Source: an uncultured Bacteroidota bacterium
Lineage (GTDB): Bacteria > Bacteroidota > Bacteroidia > Flavobacteriales > Flavobacteriaceae
Assembly (NCBI GenBank): GCA_903861155.1
Contig: CAIOTL010000063.1
Location: forward strand, 2,536-66,535
Direction: 5' to 3'
DNA: 64,000 nucleotides
The notes under the pieces were generated by a model. That model was not told the origin of the DNA, did no database searches, and saw only the letters and a program-made list of their open reading frames with translations. A program made the position numbers and the translations under genes. Shown here piece after piece: positions 1-7,961 of the stretch (within the stretch, counting starts at the first letter, position 1; each line of letters opens with the position of its first letter).

Positions 1-326
1 GCAGTGGCTTCGATTTCTTCTCCTTTTTCGGTTCCGCCTTTTGGTAAATCCCATTTTCCACCTCTAAAAATGAATAAAACTTCCCCTTTTTTGTTGTAAA
101 CCAATCCTCCGCCCGCTTTATTGACGGGGATTTTTGATTTCAGGGTTTTCATAATCTGCTTTTCATCAGGATGATACAAATAAGCTTTCTGAATTTTATT
201 TTGAAATATTTTGACTATAAGTTGTTTAATGTCAATACTTTCTAACAAGAAAATTTGAAAATTAGTCTCCTTGGAGATTTCATTTGTCAAAAAAAGTGGT
301 TTGTCGTTCACAAAAACTTTATACAT
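1..326 (-). CDS. NUDIX hydrolase, 3' end runs off the window (not in ORF track)
   Basis: Manual translation from ATG at 326: MYKVFVNDKPLFLTNEIS...KAGGGLVYNKKGEVLFIFRGGKWDLPKGGTEKGEEIEAT, which includes the start of a Nudix box (GGxExGE). Confidence 0.9.
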   Translation of the reverse strand, partial: MYKVFVNDKPLFLTNEISKETNFQIFLLESIDIKQLIVKIFQNKIQKAYLYHPDEKQIMKTLKSKIPVNKAGGGLVYNKKGEVLFIFRGGKWDLPKGGTEKGEEIEAT

Positions 327-329
327 TTG
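322..329 (+). promoter_or_regulatory. Bacteroidota sigma70 -7 box (TACATTTG) for pyrE
   Basis: Exact TAnnTTTG, with TTG at 301-303 as a possible -33 element; ATG at 334. Confidence 0.6.
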
Positions 330-333
330 TATT

Positions 334-981
334 ATGATATTTAATAAAGATACCGCCGAGAAAACTGCCGAATTGCTTTTGCAAATAAATGCAATTAAAT
401 TGAATCCAAGAAATCCTTTTACATGGGCTTCAGGATGGCAATCACCAATTTATTGTGACAACCGTATAATTCTCTCATTTCCAGCCATAAGAAATTTTGT
501 CCGAGATGAATTTTCGAAAAATATTGAAAAACAATTTGGAAAACCTGATGTAATTGCTGGTGTAGCCACCGGAGCCATAGGAATTGGTATCTTGGTTGCC
601 GAAAGTTTAGGTTTGCCGTTTGTGTATGTTCGTCCGGAACCAAAAAAACACGGTCGCCAAAACCAGGTAGAAGGTTTTTTGCAAAAAGGGCAAAATGTGG
701 TCATTGTCGAGGATTTGATAAGCACCGGAAACAGTAGTCTCCTTGCTGTTGAAGCTTTACGAACTGCCGGAGCAAATATAAAAGGAATGGTCGCCATATT
801 TACTTACGGCTTTGATATCGCCCAAGAAAATTTCAAAAATGCCAATGTCGATTTATTAACTTTAAGCAATTATCAAAATTTATTGAATTTGGCCGTTGCC
901 AAAAAATATATTACTGAGGAAGAAAAAGAAACCTTGAGAGAATGGAACTTGAGTCCATCAACTTGGAGCGTGGAAGTGTAA
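334..981 (+). CDS. pyrE: Orotate phosphoribosyltransferase
   Basis: SPIYCDNR and the PRPP-binding loop VVIVEDLISTGNS. Start set to ATG 334 because the track's TTG 271 overlaps the NUDIX gene. Confidence 0.95.
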   Translation: MIFNKDTAEKTAELLLQINAIKLNPRNPFTWASGWQSPIYCDNRIILSFPAIRNFVRDEFSKNIEKQFGKPDVIAGVATGAIGIGILVAESLGLPFVYVRPEPKKHGRQNQVEGFLQKGQNVVIVEDLISTGNSSLLAVEALRTAGANIKGMVAIFTYGFDIAQENFKNANVDLLTLSNYQNLLNLAVAKKYITEEEKETLREWNLSPSTWSVEV

Positions 982-1028
982 AACGGTATTGCTCCTTTTC
1001 CAATATAAAAATCCAAAAAAGAATAACT

Positions 1029-1421
1029 ATGAATTTGCAAAGCCCCAAAGTTTCTGTCAACAAATCAGCGCAAGAATTATTTGATTTATTAACCGATATG
1101 AAAAATTTTGAAAAACTAATGCCCGAAAATATTGCGAAATTTGAAGTTATTGGGGAAGATTCTTTTATTTTTGGATTAAAGGGAATGCCCGAAATACAAC
1201 TAAAAACAATCGAAAAAGTGGTGCCAAACAAAATAGTTTTTGGTTCTGCGAGCAATAAATTATCCTTCTCTTTGACTGCTAATATCAATGCCGTTTTGGA
1301 TAAATCAAGTGAAGTAAAACTTGATTTTGAAGGTGAATTCAACGCAATGATGGCGATGATGATTAAAGGGCCCATTTCAAAATTCATCGAAACTTTGGCT
1401 GTAAATACGGTAAAATTGTAA
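1029..1421 (+). CDS. SRPBCC/CoxG-like small protein
   Basis: About 130 aa from ATG 1029; pattern SAQELFDLLTD..NFEKLMP typical of the START/SRPBCC fold. Confidence 0.6.
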   Translation: MNLQSPKVSVNKSAQELFDLLTDMKNFEKLMPENIAKFEVIGEDSFIFGLKGMPEIQLKTIEKVVPNKIVFGSASNKLSFSLTANINAVLDKSSEVKLDFEGEFNAMMAMMIKGPISKFIETLAVNTVKL

Positions 1422-1442
1422 AACTTTTTTATACAAAAACGG

Positions 1443-1474
1443 AAACGTTTCGGTTTTTACTGAAACGTTTTTTT
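1443..1474. terminator. Likely bidirectional intrinsic terminator
   Basis: AAACGTTTCGG-loop-CTGAAACGTTT followed by a T run, between convergent genes. Confidence 0.7.
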
Positions 1475-1496
1475 AGTTTAAAACAATAGTGAACAT

Positions 1497-2225
1497 TTAA
1501 TATAACATTTGAATTTCCTTAATGTCAAAATCGGAAATCGAGTCATTTTCAAGAAGTATTTGGAGTTTTCCAATAGCATTTACCCCTTGAATGATTCCCA
1601 TAAAATTATGGTTATTTTGGTCTGAGAACGGTATCGGAATTCCTTTTTTGAAGAGTTTATTGCTATATTCCTTCTTCAATAAATCAGAATTTTTATTCCA
1701 GAATTGAATATTTTGTTCCAATTTTTCGATAATCTTCAAGAGAATTTCTTCCTTGTCAAAATTAGTCTTGCAAATCACGGACAAGGAAGAGGCTTTCGGC
1801 AAATCTTCAAAATCCGTTTGGTTGACGTTCAGTCCCAAACCTACAATGGAAACGATGGTTCCGTTGCTTTTTATGCTGTTTTCAATCAAAATTCCGCCAA
1901 TCTTTTTGCTATATGACATAATGTCGTTTGGCCATTTGATGCTTAATTCCGGAATTTTCAATATTTCTAAAGCCTGAATGACTGTAACGGACACCACAAT
2001 ATTAATATTAAATACCCAGCTCGTTTCCACTAAAAAATCCTTAACCAAAACACTCATAATTAAGTTTTTACTAGGTTCAGAAGTCCAAAAAGAACCCATT
2101 TGCCCCTTACCTTTGGTTTGATTCTCAGCGGTAACTACTGTGAAATTTTCTATTTTTTGATTGCTCGACAATCCTTTCAGAAATTCATTTGTAGAATCTA
2201 TGGCATCGAGTTTGATTAGTTTCAT
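1497..2225 (-). CDS. birA: Biotin--[acetyl-CoA carboxylase] ligase, no HTH domain
   Basis: DSTN, QTKGKGQ, IKWPND, KKIGGILIE and GLGLNVNQ motifs. Confidence 0.93.
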   Translation of the reverse strand: MKLIKLDAIDSTNEFLKGLSSNQKIENFTVVTAENQTKGKGQMGSFWTSEPSKNLIMSVLVKDFLVETSWVFNINIVVSVTVIQALEILKIPELSIKWPNDIMSYSKKIGGILIENSIKSNGTIVSIVGLGLNVNQTDFEDLPKASSLSVICKTNFDKEEILLKIIEKLEQNIQFWNKNSDLLKKEYSNKLFKKGIPIPFSDQNNHNFMGIIQGVNAIGKLQILLENDSISDFDIKEIQMLY

Positions 2226-2320
2226 GAGAATTTATTTTTGGTACATAATTTAATATTATGTTAAGGTTCAAAAATAATCACAAAAAATGGTAACTTTACA
2301 AACTTATTTAAAAATAATTC

Positions 2321-2692
2321 ATGGCAAAAAAGACTGTAAATAATGATGTTCTATTGGCAAACATCATCAAAGGAATCGAAGAAGTAAAAGGAAATGACAT
2401 AGATATTCTGGATTTAAGAGAAATAGACACCGCCGTTTGTGACTATTTTGTCATCTGCAACGGTAATTCAAACACTCAGGTTAACGCCATCGTTAACTCC
2501 ATTCAAAAAACAGTTTCGAAAGAATTAAAAGACAAGCCTTGGCATGTTGAAGGCACTGATAATGCTGAATGGGTGCTTATGGACTATGTAAATATCGTGG
2601 TTCACGTTTTTCAAAAACACATTCGAGAATATTATAATATCGAGAGTCTTTGGGGCGATGCAAAAATCACCAAAATCGAAAATAAATACTAA
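2321..2692 (+). CDS. rsfS: Ribosome silencing factor
   Basis: DYFVICNGNSNTQV, WVLMDY and R.YYNIESLWGDA motifs. Confidence 0.95.
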   Translation: MAKKTVNNDVLLANIIKGIEEVKGNDIDILDLREIDTAVCDYFVICNGNSNTQVNAIVNSIQKTVSKELKDKPWHVEGTDNAEWVLMDYVNIVVHVFQKHIREYYNIESLWGDAKITKIENKY

Positions 2693-2706
2693 AGAAACAA
2701 ACTGTA

Positions 2707-4632
2707 ATGGCTAAAGATAACAATCCAAATTCAAATAAATTTAAAGTAAGCCCTTGGTTAATTTATGCTGCAATACTATTAATATTCTTGTTCATAAGCT
2801 TTATAACCGGTGGTTCAAACTTTTCGGAGCCGTCTCAATTAACGTCTTCTAACTTTAATGCGTATCTTGAAAAAGGCGCAATAGAAAAAGTAATCGTTTA
2901 CAATAAATCGGAAGCCGAAGTTTACCTAACTGCTACTGCATTGAAGGAACCTGCCAATGTAAAAGTGGCAAAAGATATGTTAGATCGTCCAAATAAAGGG
3001 CCACATTACACTTTCGTTATTGGAAACGACCAATTATTCCAAACCAAATTGGAGAAAGCTGTTGCCGAAGGAAAATTGAAAGATTTTAATTTCTTGCCAA
3101 AAAATAATTGGACAGACATTTTAGTTAGCCTATTACCCATAATTATTATCATTGGAGTTTGGATATTTATCATGCGAAGAATGTCTGGAGGCAGTGGTGG
3201 TGGTGGCGGGCAAATTTTTAATATTGGGAAATCAAAGGCCAAACTTTTTGATGAAAAAACCGATATTAAAACATCTTTTAAAGACGTTGCTGGTTTAGAA
3301 GGTGCCAAAGAAGAAATTCAGGAAATCGTTGAATTTTTGAAAAACCCCGAAAAATACACCAATCTGGGTGGTAAAATTCCAAAAGGCGCTTTGCTCGTAG
3401 GGCCTCCTGGAACCGGAAAAACCTTATTGGCCAAAGCCGTTGCTGGCGAAGCCCAAGTTCCATTTTTCTCTTTATCAGGTTCTGATTTTGTGGAAATGTT
3501 TGTTGGTGTAGGTGCCTCAAGAGTGCGTGATTTATTTAAACAAGCCAAAGAAAAAGCGCCAGCAATCATCTTTATCGATGAAATTGACGCCGTGGGAAGA
3601 GCAAGAGGAAAAAATAACATGTCAGGAGGAAATGACGAACGCGAAAACACCTTGAACCAATTACTAACTGAAATGGATGGTTTCGGAACCAATTCAAACG
3701 TGATTGTTTTAGCTGCTACAAATAGAGCCGATGTATTGGACAAAGCCTTGATGCGTGCAGGTCGTTTTGATAGACAAATTTTTGTGGATTTGCCAGACAT
3801 CCGTGAACGGGCCGAAATTTTTAAAGTACATCTTGAGCCTTTGAAAAAAATTGAAGGTCTTGACACTGACTTTTTGGCCAAGCAAACTCCTGGTTTTTCA
3901 GGTGCCGATATTGCCAATGTGTGTAATGAAGCTGCCTTGATTGCGGCAAGAAATAACAAAACAGCTGTTGATAAACAAGATTTTTTGGATGCCGTTGATA
4001 GAATTGTTGGTGGACTAGAAAAGAAAAATAAAATTGTAACTCCTGATGAAAAGAAAGCAATTGCTATTCATGAAGCTGGACACGCAACGGTAAGCTGGAT
4101 GCTGGAACACGCAGCGCCATTAATTAAAGTTACGATTGTTCCAAGAGGGCAAAGTCTTGGAGCGGCTTGGTATTTACCAGAAGAACGCTTGATTGTTCGC
4201 ACCGACCAAATGCTTGACGAAATGTGCGCCACAATGGGAGGAAGAGCTGCCGAAAAAGTAACTTTTGACAGGATTTCTACTGGCGCATTAAGCGATTTAG
4301 AAAAAGTAACCCGACAAGCTCGTGCCATGGTGACCATCTATGGTTTGAACGAAAAAATAGGAAACGTTACCTATTACGATTCAACCGGGCAAAGCGAATA
4401 CAGCTTTTCTAAACCTTATTCTGAGGAAACTGCCAAGACAATTGATAAAGAAATTTCATTGTTGATAGAAAGTCAATACGAAAGAGCTATCAAAATATTG
4501 GAAGAAAACAAAGATAAATTGAATCAACTTGCAGACATTCTGATTGAGAAAGAAGTAATATTCAAAGATGATTTGGAATCCATTTTCGGAAAAAGAACCT
4601 TTGACTCCAATCTTGAAGAAGTAGTTTCCTAA
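2707..4632 (+). CDS. ftsH: ATP-dependent zinc metalloprotease FtsH
   Basis: Two TM segments, Walker A GPPGTGKT, Walker B IIFIDEID, SRH, HEAGH zinc motif. Confidence 0.98.
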   Translation: MAKDNNPNSNKFKVSPWLIYAAILLIFLFISFITGGSNFSEPSQLTSSNFNAYLEKGAIEKVIVYNKSEAEVYLTATALKEPANVKVAKDMLDRPNKGPHYTFVIGNDQLFQTKLEKAVAEGKLKDFNFLPKNNWTDILVSLLPIIIIIGVWIFIMRRMSGGSGGGGGQIFNIGKSKAKLFDEKTDIKTSFKDVAGLEGAKEEIQEIVEFLKNPEKYTNLGGKIPKGALLVGPPGTGKTLLAKAVAGEAQVPFFSLSGSDFVEMFVGVGASRVRDLFKQAKEKAPAIIFIDEIDAVGRARGKNNMSGGNDERENTLNQLLTEMDGFGTNSNVIVLAATNRADVLDKALMRAGRFDRQIFVDLPDIRERAEIFKVHLEPLKKIEGLDTDFLAKQTPGFSGADIANVCNEAALIAARNNKTAVDKQDFLDAVDRIVGGLEKKNKIVTPDEKKAIAIHEAGHATVSWMLEHAAPLIKVTIVPRGQSLGAAWYLPEERLIVRTDQMLDEMCATMGGRAAEKVTFDRISTGALSDLEKVTRQARAMVTIYGLNEKIGNVTYYDSTGQSEYSFSKPYSEETAKTIDKEISLLIESQYERAIKILEENKDKLNQLADILIEKEVIFKDDLESIFGKRTFDSNLEEVVS

Positions 4633-4655
4633 AACCCCTATTTTATATTATTTTT

Positions 4656-4697
4656 AAAATCTTAATTCAAAAATGACTTTTGAATTAAGATTTTTTT
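4656..4697 (+). terminator. Intrinsic terminator after ftsH, abutting a TATCTTTG promoter box (4697-4704)
   Basis: 17-bp perfect inverted repeat AAAATCTTAATTCAAAA/TTTTGAATTAAGATTTT plus T tail. Confidence 0.8.
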
Positions 4698-4743
4698 ATC
4701 TTTGAACGGTTTCCAATAATAAACAATAGTAGTTTTAAAAAAT

Positions 4744-5346
4744 ATGAGTCTTTTTAGAAAATTTTTTGGTGCTAATAATCCGCCTTCAGAAGCAGAAAAA
4801 GATAAAGAATTTAGCAAGTATACTCCTGATGCCAATGCACCACTTGATGAGCAATTTATTTATAATTTCAAGAAAAATGGAGGTAAATTTCTATACTGTG
4901 AAAATGAAACCGAAGTAAAAGACCACTTTGAAAATATACTCGAAGAGAATGACTGGTTCGAAAGCGAAGCTTTATGCTACGAACCCGAGATTTTTAATAT
5001 GCTCGAAGAAAATAAAATTACGTATCACAAACCAAAAAACCCTTCCTTTCTTCTGGCAAATTGCGAAAATTTGATTGCCGACGAAGGTTCTATATTGTTT
5101 TCATCAAAACAAATTAAGCAGCATAAACCAAATGAGCTTCCGGCGAACATCATAGTTTTGGCAAAAACAAGCCAGATTATTGAAACAAAAAGTGATGGAT
5201 TGAGTGGTATCAAAAACAAATATGTCAGAGATTACCCTACAAATATTACGACAATAAAATATTTTGAAAAAGTCGAAGAGGAAGATTTTACCCAATACGG
5301 AAGTTCTGCGAAAAATCTATATTTATTGCTTTTAGAAGATCTTTAA
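4744..5346 (+). CDS. LUD (LutC/YkgG-like) domain protein
   Basis: F..NFKKNGGKFLYC and CE.LIADEGSILFSS..ELP.NIIV resemble the LUD domain. Confidence 0.65.
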   Translation: MSLFRKFFGANNPPSEAEKDKEFSKYTPDANAPLDEQFIYNFKKNGGKFLYCENETEVKDHFENILEENDWFESEALCYEPEIFNMLEENKITYHKPKNPSFLLANCENLIADEGSILFSSKQIKQHKPNELPANIIVLAKTSQIIETKSDGLSGIKNKYVRDYPTNITTIKYFEKVEEEDFTQYGSSAKNLYLLLLEDL

Positions 5347-5347
5347 A

Positions 5348-6238
5348 ATGAATGAAACACTCAAGAGATCAATATCTGGTGCCATTTATGTGATTTTATT
5401 GCTTGCCTCGATACTCTACTCTACTGAAAGCTTTTTTTTATTGTTTGGTTTATTTTTAATTATTGCTCTATTTGAATTTTCTCATTTAGTTCAAATAAAC
5501 AGCATTTTTCCCATTTTATCAGGAATTTCAATGTATGCTATCATTAACTTGATTAGTCATTATAATAAACAAACCACAGCTTTTTTAAACAGAGTTTTCC
5601 AATCAGAATTTAACTTAAACATAGATATTCATCAATTGGATCTTATTCTGTTGGCAGTAACTATTGTAGTTTCCATTAAGTGTATTTTATTCTTATGTTA
5701 CGATTCTAATCAAAAAATAAGTACCTCTTCAAAATATTTATACCTTCTAGGTTATATTACTTTGCCTTTTATTTTCATTACTAAAATTTCCTTTGGAATC
5801 AATGATTATAACCCTAAAATAATTGTTGGATTATTTATATTGATTTGGACTAACGATACCTTTGCTTATCTTGTAGGTAAATCAATTGGCAAACATAAAT
5901 TATACGAAAAGGTTTCTCCTAAGAAAACCATTGAAGGTTTTTTTGGAGGACTTGTTTTTGCTATATTTGCAGGATTTTTGATTTCAAAATTATATATAAT
6001 ACCCTCAGTCAATTTCAGCGAAAAATCAATAATTATATGGATGACAATTGCTGTTATTGTTGGCGTTTTCGGAACCATTGGAGACTTAGTCGAATCCAAA
6101 TTCAAACGAATTGCTGGCATAAAAGATAGTGGAAAGATAATGCCGGGTCACGGAGGCATTTTAGATCGATTAGATAGTATTATATTTGTGGCACCAATTG
6201 TATTTTTGTTTTACCAAATTCTAAACTATGTTTCATAA
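5348..6238 (+). CDS. cdsA: Phosphatidate cytidylyltransferase
   Basis: Multi-TM; WTNDTFAYLVGK, SPKKTIEG, KR.AGIKDSG..MPGHGGILDRLDS. Confidence 0.95.
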   Translation: MNETLKRSISGAIYVILLLASILYSTESFFLLFGLFLIIALFEFSHLVQINSIFPILSGISMYAIINLISHYNKQTTAFLNRVFQSEFNLNIDIHQLDLILLAVTIVVSIKCILFLCYDSNQKISTSSKYLYLLGYITLPFIFITKISFGINDYNPKIIVGLFILIWTNDTFAYLVGKSIGKHKLYEKVSPKKTIEGFFGGLVFAIFAGFLISKLYIIPSVNFSEKSIIIWMTIAVIVGVFGTIGDLVESKFKRIAGIKDSGKIMPGHGGILDRLDSIIFVAPIVFLFYQILNYVS

Positions 6239-6884
6239 AGAAGGCACTCAATCTATACTATTCGGTACCGTTTTTACGGCTATCGTACTTTTGTTGTCCG
6301 ATAAATTCATTGACACCTATTGGATTAAAATGTCCGTTCAAATAATTACTTTCGTGTTTTTGATCATCATTTTACAATTTTTTAGAAATCCAAAACGGAA
6401 CATCAATAAAAACGAAAACCAAATTCTAGCTCCTGTAGATGGGAAAGTAGTCGTAATTGAAGAAGTTTTCGAAGGCGAATATTTCAAAGAAAAACGCATT
6501 CAAGTCTCCATATTTATGTCCCCTTTAAATGTTCACGTAACGCGTTATGCGCTTGGTGGTATCGTCAAATTGAGCAAATATCATCCGGGAAAATTCTTGG
6601 TGGCTTGGCATCCAAAAGCAAGCGAGGAAAATGAAAGAACCACCATTGTAATCGAGAACAAGACATTTGGCGAAATTCTTTATCGACAAATCGCCGGAGC
6701 ATTGGCACGAAGAATCGTCAATTATGCTGAAGAAGGAATGCAGGTGGTTCAAGGTCAAGACGCCGGTTTTATCAAATTCGGTTCACGGGTCGACGTGTTT
6801 TTACCTTTGGGAACACCCATCAATGTTGTGCTCAATCAAAAAGCTATTGGAGGAGAAACAATAATTGCAACAAAAGTGGAATGA
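6228..6884 (+). CDS. psd: Phosphatidylserine decarboxylase family protein
   Basis: FFRNP.R, APVDGKVV, SIFMSPLNVH and the autocleavage motif IKFGSRVD. Confidence 0.93.
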   Translation: MFHKEGTQSILFGTVFTAIVLLLSDKFIDTYWIKMSVQIITFVFLIIILQFFRNPKRNINKNENQILAPVDGKVVVIEEVFEGEYFKEKRIQVSIFMSPLNVHVTRYALGGIVKLSKYHPGKFLVAWHPKASEENERTTIVIENKTFGEILYRQIAGALARRIVNYAEEGMQVVQGQDAGFIKFGSRVDVFLPLGTPINVVLNQKAIGGETIIATKVE

Positions 6885-7150
6885 TTGAAAAAGATTTAGA
6901 CACTCTATTTCAGGAAGCATTTGAAATTGCTTCGAATATGACGCAGGCATCGTTGCCGCAGGATGTCCAGTTGCGGCTTTACGCTTTTTACAAACAAGCC
7001 ACTTTTGGAACCGCCAATTACAATCAATCGGAACATTTTGACCTAAGAAATGCCTTCAAAACCAATGCTTGGATACAAATAAGCCATTTATCCGTTGATG
7101 AAGCGAAAGAACAATACATCGAAATTATAAATTCCTTGTTGGAAAAATAG
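6881..7150 (+). CDS. Acyl-CoA-binding protein (ACBP)
   Basis: LRLYAFYKQATFG and K.NAW..LS..EAKEQYI match the ACBP signature. Confidence 0.85.
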   Translation: MIEKDLDTLFQEAFEIASNMTQASLPQDVQLRLYAFYKQATFGTANYNQSEHFDLRNAFKTNAWIQISHLSVDEAKEQYIEIINSLLEK

Positions 7151-7158
7151 TTCTCCTT

Positions 7159-7932
7159 ATGAAAAAGATATATTTTCTGGTATTAAATTTAATTATGGCA
7201 GTCGTTTTGTTTTCCTGCAACAACAAAAAACTTACCGAAGTTGTAGATGTGCCGTTGCCGGAAGTTCAAAAGAAAGCAACAATAAAGGGAAATCCTGACG
7301 ATGTAAAAGCCAATGAAGGCGCATTCCAACTGGAAAAACTGCCTTATTCTTACGAGGCATTGGCCCCCAACATCTCGGTATCGACGATGGAAAACCATTA
7401 TTCCAAACATTATTTGACGTACACCAATAATCTGAACAAAGCCTTGGCAGGAACTGATTTGGAGAACCTTACCATCGAGGAAGTTTTGGCTAAATTAGAC
7501 CCAAGCATCGCCGAAATCAGGAATAATGCTGGTGGATATTACAATCATTCCCTGTATTTTAAATGTATGGCTCCAAAAGCCAGTGGTCAACCCAAAGACC
7601 CTTTGGCAAATGCCATCACCAAAAAATTTGGTTCATTCGACAACTTCAAAACGGCATTCAAAGACGAAGCCACAAAGCAATTTGGTTCGGGTTGGGTTTG
7701 GTTAATTGTGGATAAATCAGGGGATCTTCAAATTACCAGTACCCAAAATCAAGACAATCCATTAATGCGAAATGCAGTTGTTCCCGGAAAACCAATTCTG
7801 GCTTTAGACCTTTGGGAACACGCTTATTATCTGGATTACCAATACAAACGGAATAATTATGTCGATGCTTTTTTCAACGTGATTAATTGGAAAAAAGTGG
7901 GCGATAATTATGAGGAGGCTTTGACAAAATAG
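7159..7932 (+). CDS. Fe/Mn superoxide dismutase with lipoprotein signal peptide
   Basis: HYSKH, NNAGGYYNH, FGSGWVWL, DLWEHAYY; lipobox VLFS-C at Cys20. Confidence 0.9.
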   Translation: MKKIYFLVLNLIMAVVLFSCNNKKLTEVVDVPLPEVQKKATIKGNPDDVKANEGAFQLEKLPYSYEALAPNISVSTMENHYSKHYLTYTNNLNKALAGTDLENLTIEEVLAKLDPSIAEIRNNAGGYYNHSLYFKCMAPKASGQPKDPLANAITKKFGSFDNFKTAFKDEATKQFGSGWVWLIVDKSGDLQITSTQNQDNPLMRNAVVPGKPILALDLWEHAYYLDYQYKRNNYVDAFFNVINWKKVGDNYEEALTK

Positions 7933-7938
7933 CAAACC

Positions 7939-7953
7939 AACCCTGTCAGGGTT
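7939..7953. repeat. REP-like palindrome AACCCTG-T-CAGGGTT
   Basis: Perfect 7-1-7 palindrome between convergent genes; resembles the CCTGTCAGG repeats I recall from Flavobacterium. Confidence 0.5.
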
Positions 7954-7961
7954 AATAAAAT

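Noticed and set aside
271-333. ORF-track N-terminal extension of pyrE (TTG 271)
   Set aside because: Overlaps the NUDIX gene on the other strand and lies upstream of the promoter box; homology starts at MIFNK (334)
3006-4337. Long antisense ORFs over ftsH, and similar 60-210 aa shadow ORFs over other genes (e.g. 450-797, 15833-16219, 63458-63817)
   Set aside because: They mirror well-conserved sense genes, have no recognisable motifs and are expected by-products of codon bias
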